Shown: positions 7,511 to 13,267 of the stretch, piece after piece
Position numbering within the stretch: the first letter of the stretch is position 1
How the letters are laid out: each line of letters starts with the position of its first letter
Origin: Octopus sinensis
Taxonomy: Eukaryota
Direction: 5' to 3'
Assembly (NCBI RefSeq): GCF_006345805.1
Contig: NW_021826191.1
Coordinates: 1 to 13,267 of the forward strand
Length of the DNA: 13,267 nt
The notes under the pieces: model-generated
Database searches by the model: none
What the model saw: only the letters and a program-made list of their open reading frames with translations
Told to the model about the DNA's origin: nothing
Position numbers and translations under genes: made by a program

Positions 7511-9983
7511 TTGGATTCATCTTTGAAAGATATTCCTATTCCTTCTAGAAAGGAATTTATCTTGAAACTTGTTAATAATGTTAAAAGAATTTTAGTTCTA
7601 GAATTATGGAAAGCTTTTTACTATAATTTTTATTTATTTAATGATATTGATAGTAGGAATGATAATTTTACCTCTAAATTTAATCTAGAAAGGAACCTCC
7701 ATTTAATAAAGATTACAATTACTTGAAGATAGTATATGGAAGGTGGTAAAAAATATTGAATTCCATAAATACCCAAATAGAAATAATGAATATTTAAGGA
7801 ATTTAGCAATTAAAATTAAAGATATGAGAAATATGGATGGTATTATAGTACAATCTGATAAAACAAGGAACTTATATAAATTAGATGTTAATTTATATGA
7901 TAAACTATTAGGGAAAGAAATAATTAAAAAATATAAAATTGTTCCAGATGATATTCTTTATAATATTAATAAGGCCTCTAAAGTAGTAATGTTAAAATAT
8001 GAGTTGGATAATAAAACTGAACCTTATGTACCTCTGCACCCCAGAATTACTCTTAAAGACCATAAAGATAATTTTTATTCAGACCCTAAAGTTAGATTAA
8101 TTTGCCCATGTAAATCGGACCTAGGTAAATTAAGTAAATTTATTTTAGATAAATATATTGATAAGTTAAATAAACTTAATTATTTAAAATTATGGTTTAG
8201 TAATAATAATACATTGAAATGGTTTAATAATTAAAGATAAAAATCGTTATAAATTTATTCAAATAGATATAGATAATTATTATTCTTCTATTAATGAAAT
8301 GGTGTTTAATAAAGCGCTTATTTTCGCAATGAATAAAGTGGGCATGTCACGGGAAGAAGTTATGTAATTAAAATGGCTAGGAAATCGCTAATTAAATATA
8401 AAAATAAATTATGGCTAGGAATGATACTAGAGATTGTTTTGATATACCTATGGGAGCACCAGATTCTGCACAGGCTACTGATTTAGTAGGTATTTTTCTT
8501 TTATCTGAACTCCAATTAGAAAATCTTAAGATAGAGGGTGGTTTATATAGAGACGATCTTCTACTAATTACAAAGAATTGTACTAATAGGAATCTAGAAG
8601 TATATAAGAAAAAACTATATAGTTTCTTTAAAAGATATGGTTTACGTATTACTATATATAAGGAGAATTATAATGTTAATTATTTAGATGTTAATTTTAA
8701 TCTTATACAGGTAAAACACAACCATATCATAAACTTAATGAGAACCTTAGATATATAAATGTTAATAGTAATCACCCATTTTCTATTAAAAAATCGTTGA
8801 TTAATAATTAGTAAACGTATTTCATTACTCTCTTATGATATAGAGATTTTTAATAAACATGCTAATTATTATAATGAGCCCTTAGAGGGGCAGGTTATAA
8901 TAGAATATTAAATTTTATAATATTAGCGATAAAGATTTAATGTGTTAATTTTCGAGATACTTCTAATAATAATTTAATTTTGTTAGGTTTAGTGGTAAAA
9001 ATAATAGATATTATAAAAAAAATAATAAAAATGATAAAAATATAAATAAGAATAATAATAATAATAATAATAAAATATAATAATATAATATAAATAAGAA
9101 TAATATAAATAAAAATAAATTTAATAATTATTATAATAATTATATTGATAAATTTAATAATATTAATAATTCCTTAAATGCTGTACATAGATATAATTCT
9201 GATAATAATTTTAATAAAATAAAGAATTATAAATATATTTATAATAATGATAATAATAATAAGGTTAATAAGAATAAAATTTGGTTAATAGTTCCTTATG
9301 GAGATCAAGTAAACGAATATTATTAAAGAGATTTTAGATGTTATAGAACTATTTATTAGAGATAATCGTAAATATAGAAACATTTTCTCTTTTAATAATT
9401 TTGGAGTTGGTTACTCTACCACTAATAATGTTGGTAACATTATTTCTTCATTTAATAAATATAAACTGAATAATTTTTATAAAAAGAAATTATTTGATAA
9501 TAATATTATAATGATAAGACTTTTATTAATTGTACATGTAGAGATAAATCTAATTGTATATTAAATAATAATTGTGATATTAACGATGTAGTGTATAAAT
9601 GTATAGTTACATTACATGATAATAACTTTAAGAATAATAATTACACAAAAGCGGTTTATATAGGTTCTACTTCCTCAAAAATAAAACTAAGAATCGCACA
9701 ACATATGAATTCTTTTAAAAATAAAAACTTAATCAACTCAACCGGACTTAGTAAGTACATTTGGAGTCTTAAATCACTAAATATTAATTATAGTTTAATA
9801 TGGGAAATAATTTGTGAAACTAAATCATATAATATAGGAGCTAATTGTTGTTATTTATGCTCTAATGAGTTTAAAGAAATTTTATTTTATAAGTATGATA
9901 ATTTACTTAATACTGGTGAAGAGCGCAAAATAAAATGCAGACATAAGTTACTTTACCTATATAATAAGTTTCATGATAAATAG
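7511..9983 (+). pseudogene. Frameshifted PLE polyprotein: reverse transcriptase + linker + GIY-YIG endonuclease
   Basis: N-terminal SLKDIPIPS, DKT (7857-7865), TLKDHK, motif A DIDNYYSSI (8266-8292), motif B MGAPDS, YRDD (8546-8557), thumb YINVNSNHP, linker IWLIVPY, CTCRDKSNC (CxCx5C, 9531-9557), VVYK...YIGST, CYLC and KCRH; stop at 9981-9983. At least ten small indels break the frame. Confidence 0.93.
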
Positions 9984-10410
9984 CAATAATAGTTCCCTTT
10001 TAGGTTACTTTAGTTTAGTTTATATTAGTTTAGATTATATTTTTGGTTATGTTGTCTAGGCTTTAATTATAGTTAGTCTTTATTGATATTTCTTGTTTTA
10101 AAGTTCATTTTTAATGTATAAATTTAACAGTTTATGGTACGTTAAAACTTTAATAATTTATATTAGATTTTTTATTTTTTTATTTTTATTTTTATTTTAT
10201 TATGTATTTTTATTTTGCATTTGTTATATGTATTGGAGGATATATTTATTTTTTGGGTGTTATTTAGTGGTTTTTTATTGAGTTTTGTAGTATGTGTGAA
10301 TGCTTAAGATCCCTTTGTTTTTTGTTTTTTATTTGGTATGTTGAATTGACAGATTTTATTTGGGTATTGTCTTTTATATAAAGTACACACACCCATAACA
10401 AATATAAGTG

Positions 10411-11165
10411 CCCACTTCATTCGTTGTACTTGGGATTGCATGTGAGCCTCAGCATATGCACCTAACGGCCACTCCCGCCCCACATGGATAAATAAACACA
10501 TACATCCCAAAAATGGGAGTAATCCCATTCACACCAATTATATGTATACAATTATACACACTAGAATAATACATAACTAACCCAAATATACAGAACACTA
10601 ATAATCACCAACTAACCACCATCACAAATGAAACCCACACCCATACAATGACAAAACTCCCCCCCCCATACCCTATTTACACACCCCATAGTAATCCCAA
10701 TATATTCATCCATATATGGACGCAAGTGCGTGAAGCACATGCACATAATTAGTACGTACAACCCCTAATACACACTAATATATACGTATCAAGCTCGACC
10801 TCCACAGCGATACGTTTACACCCACTTACACCCAGATGGGTGAATTGCACAACCAGTGAATGCTCACACACACGGGCGCGATTACATTGTTGCATATATC
10901 GAGCCAAAATAGTATGCATATGTACATGTGAGGGGTACACGCAAATGAAGTGAGCGTGTACCCCCTGCATTTATACCCGTGCGTGAATATACACATGGAG
11001 ACTACCACACAGGTACAAATTGTTTTGAAATGGGAGCCCCATCACTACACTTAATGTATACTCTCACCCATCCGCACGGATGTGTAAGTGTATCTCCGGC
11101 GCATATGTTGAGGCTTATATGTAGCGTTGTGGAAGGGAACGTCGTTTAAATTGTGAATGAATGGG
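10411..11165 (+). ncRNA. Putative large structured RNA domain in the PLE 3' trailer
   Basis: 24-bp long-range helix 10436-10459/11101-11124 (19 WC + 5 G-U), outer helix 10411-10422/11155-11165 and several internal hairpins. No family assignment. Confidence 0.55.
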
Positions 11166-11180
11166 TGGAGTTGGGAATTG

Positions 11181-12760
11181 TAACCGGGTGGTGGACTAGC
11201 GTTGCTTGGAATTGTGAATGGATTAGTGTGGTAGTGAGGTATGCATCGAGAATAGTTATGGGTTACTGTAAGTTGTTTGTTAGAGCTGCTAGGGTGAGCT
11301 AAAGCTCATAAATGTATATAATGATTTTCATGGTAGTTTTTAAAGAATCCATTCATAATAAATTTTTTGTAGCGTTGGTTTGCTACGTGGATATAGTTTT
11401 TAGTTCCATTATTATATTTCTCCATTCATATTTTGAATGACGTTTACTTTCTATGGCGCGTATTCTTTTTTTACATAAGTTATTTCTATGGTAACGTATT
11501 TTTGTTTGGTTTTTTAACGGCTAAGAATTTTTTCACTTCATAATTTGTAACTGAATTGTAAGTATGTATTTGATTTATCCTTATGTCATATTGTTATTTC
11601 TGATATTTTGGTTAATTACGATGTATTTAATGTTGTTTTCATAGGAGTGTTTATGTATATGAGATTGGTTGTGAGTTTTTAGTTGTATAATTAATTTATT
11701 TATCTGTATGAGTGTGGGTGTGTAAATATTGTTGTATATATCGAGTTTAGTGAGTATGTATATGCGTATATGTGAGGGAGTATATGTATCTGTTGTGTGT
11801 GTGTGTTTTGCGTGTGTGTGTGTGTTTGTGTGTGAATGTGTATTTGGGTTTGTTATTTAGGTTTTGGGATGTATGTGTTAATTTGTCTGTGTGGGAGGGA
11901 GTGGGTTTTGGTGTATTTTGAGGTTCATAAGTTAGTATAGGTTTGTGTATAAGTCTTGGGTCTGTGTTTACGTGTGTGTATTTGTGTGTGAATGTTTAGG
12001 TTTCGGGGATTGCTATATAAGTTTGTTATAGGGTTTAGCAAAGGGAGATTTTATCGTTATATGCTTTTATGAGTTTTGGTTTATCATGTTTTTTTTAGGT
12101 AATTCGTGGTAATTTGTCTATTTTCGATGTTGGTTATTTTTTACATTGTTTCATTCATAATTTTTGAGTGGTGTTCGTTTTGCCACGTGAATAACCGGGT
12201 GGTGGACTAGCGTTGCTTGGAATTGTGAATGGAATAGTGTAGTAGTGAGGTAGGCATAGACAATGGGATTGGGTTACTGTAAGTTGTTTGTTAGAGCTGC
12301 TAAGGTGAGTTAAAGCTCATAAATGTATTTAATGTTTTTTGTGGGTGTGTAAGTATTGTTGTATATGTCGAGTTTAGTGAGTATGTATATGCGTATATGT
12401 GAGGGAGTATATGTATCTGTTGTGTGTGTGCGTGTTTTGTGTGTGTGTGTGTGTTTGTGTGTGAATGTGTATATGGGTTTGTTATTTAAGTTTTGGGATG
12501 TATGAGTTAATTTGTCTGTGTGGGAGGGAGTGGGTTTTGGTGTATATTGAGGTTTATAAGTTAGTATAGGTATGTGTATAAGTCGTGGGTCTGTGGTTTA
12601 CGTGTGTGTATTTGTGTGTGAATGTTTAGGTTAGGGGGATTACTATATAGGTTTGTTTTAGAGTTTAGCAAAGGGAGATTTTATCGTTATATGTTTTAAG
12701 AGTTTTGTTTTATCATGGTTTTTTTTAGGGGATTCGTGGTAATTTGTCTATATTTTCGAT
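11181..12760 (+). repeat. Diverged internal tandem duplication: A1 11181-11328, B1 11713-12128, A2 12192-12339, B2 12340-12760
   Basis: Blocks align directly, roughly 85-93% identical by eye. The second unit lacks 11329-11712. Confidence 0.9.
11623..11834 (+). repeat. Source segment of the 5' inverted repeat
   Basis: Reverse complement of 6916-7126. Confidence 0.95.
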
Positions 12761-12791
12761 ATGGATTATATATAGGTTATATATGGATTAT

Positions 12792-13098
12792 ATACTTATA
12801 TTTTTTCATTTATACTTTAATTATTTAAAATTATTATTTTTATACTTTAAAATTTTGATTTTTTAGATTGGAAGTCCACCTGAAGATTGTCGATCAAGAC
12901 AAGAAACGATTGTAGTGGCGGTTTTTTTGACTATTTATTAAAATTTTATGTATTAAGTCTTTCCTTGTTTGTTTTGCAAAATAGTGGTTTTGTCTCTAAT
13001 AATATTTTATAATATTTTACTATAAAATTGGATTTAATCCTAAATCTGATTTTTTCCCTGTAAATTTGGATTTATTCCCTAATATTTATTATTTATAT

Positions 13099-13099
<1 letters not shown>
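12792..13099 (+). repeat. 3' pseudo-LTR
   Basis: Direct repeat of 7123-7427; its 3' end (tttatata) merges into (TA)n. Confidence 0.95.
12876..12918 (+). ncRNA. Minimal type I hammerhead ribozyme, 3' pLTR copy, complete core
   Basis: Stem I CCAC/GTGG; CUGAAGA 12880-12886; stem II TTGTC/GACAA; GAAA 12903-12906; stem III CGAUUG; cleavage triplet GUA, cut after 12914. Confidence 0.88.

Positions 13100-13128
<29 letters not shown>
13094..13128. repeat. (TA)n target tract
   Basis: Direct reading; one extra A at 13110. Confidence 0.95.
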
Positions 13129-13129
<1 letters not shown>

Positions 13130-13267
13130 GCGTGTGTGTGTTTGTGTGTCTTGTTTGTCCCCCTAGCATTGCTTGACAACCGATGCTGGTTGTTTATGTC
13201 CCCGTTACTTAGCGGTTCGGCAAAAGAGACCGATAGAATAAGTACAGGGCTTACAAAAGAATAAGTC
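13130..13267 (+). mobile_element. 3' half of the SINE begun at 6750 (runs off the window)
   Basis: gtgtgtgtttgtgtgtc...gcttgacaaccgatgctgg...cttagcggttcggcaaaagagaccgatagaataagtac is the continuation I recall for this octopus SINE after its internal (TA)/(TG) tract. Confidence 0.75.

Larger units (their letters stand above)
6916..13099 (+). mobile_element. Penelope-like retroelement (PLE), Naiad-type, ~6.2 kb, young insertion
   Basis: RT + C-terminal GIY-YIG coding region, direct terminal pLTRs with hammerheads, an inverted 5' segment, and flanks that rejoin into a single SINE. Confidence 0.92.

Noticed and set aside
7511-9983. Selenoprotein-type Naiad (in-frame UGA at conserved Cys plus SECIS)
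   Set aside because: The Cys positions checked (CTCRDKSNC, CYLC, KCRH, ICPC) are TGT/TGC. The TGA at 7724-7726 falls out of frame once two 1-base deletions are corrected.
10460-10770. Captured telomerase RNA with a TTAGGG template
   Set aside because: Only fragments are present (cctaac, ctaaccc 10577-10583, ccctaa 10763-10768). There is no ~1.5-repeat template, and such fragments are expected by chance in an A/C-rich tract.
10304-11008. Minus-strand ORFs 10304-10528, 10749-10970 and 10826-11008
   Set aside because: Short, mutually overlapping and without recognisable motifs; explained by stop-poor composition.
11893-11911. G-quadruplex GGGAGGGAGTGGGTTTTGG (also ~12521-12540)
   Set aside because: Only three G3 tracts plus GG, expected in a G/T-skewed region.

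Overview
AT-rich, microsatellite-laden eukaryotic intronic DNA. The SINE families look like those I recall from Octopus (inference, no search run). Three small minus-strand exons (6604-6698, 4495-4532, 626-710) splice in phase into a TRPM-channel-like peptide, but in an unexpected order: a segment from the MHR3/MHR4 junction is followed by a new MHR1 start, suggesting tandemly repeated N-terminal MHR/SLOG modules. The right half is a young ~6.2 kb Penelope-like retroelement (Naiad-type RT + C-terminal GIY-YIG, 6916-13099, + strand) inserted into the (TA)n tract of a tRNA/CORE-type SINE, which it splits in two. It has near-identical direct pseudo-LTRs that each carry a minimal hammerhead ribozyme, an inverted 5' segment with junction microhomology, and a 2.8 kb 3' trailer containing an old internal duplication and a ~750 nt region with strong RNA-structure signatures. 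A separate 153 bp hammerhead-bearing element from another family sits in a different (TA)n tract at 6089-6241.
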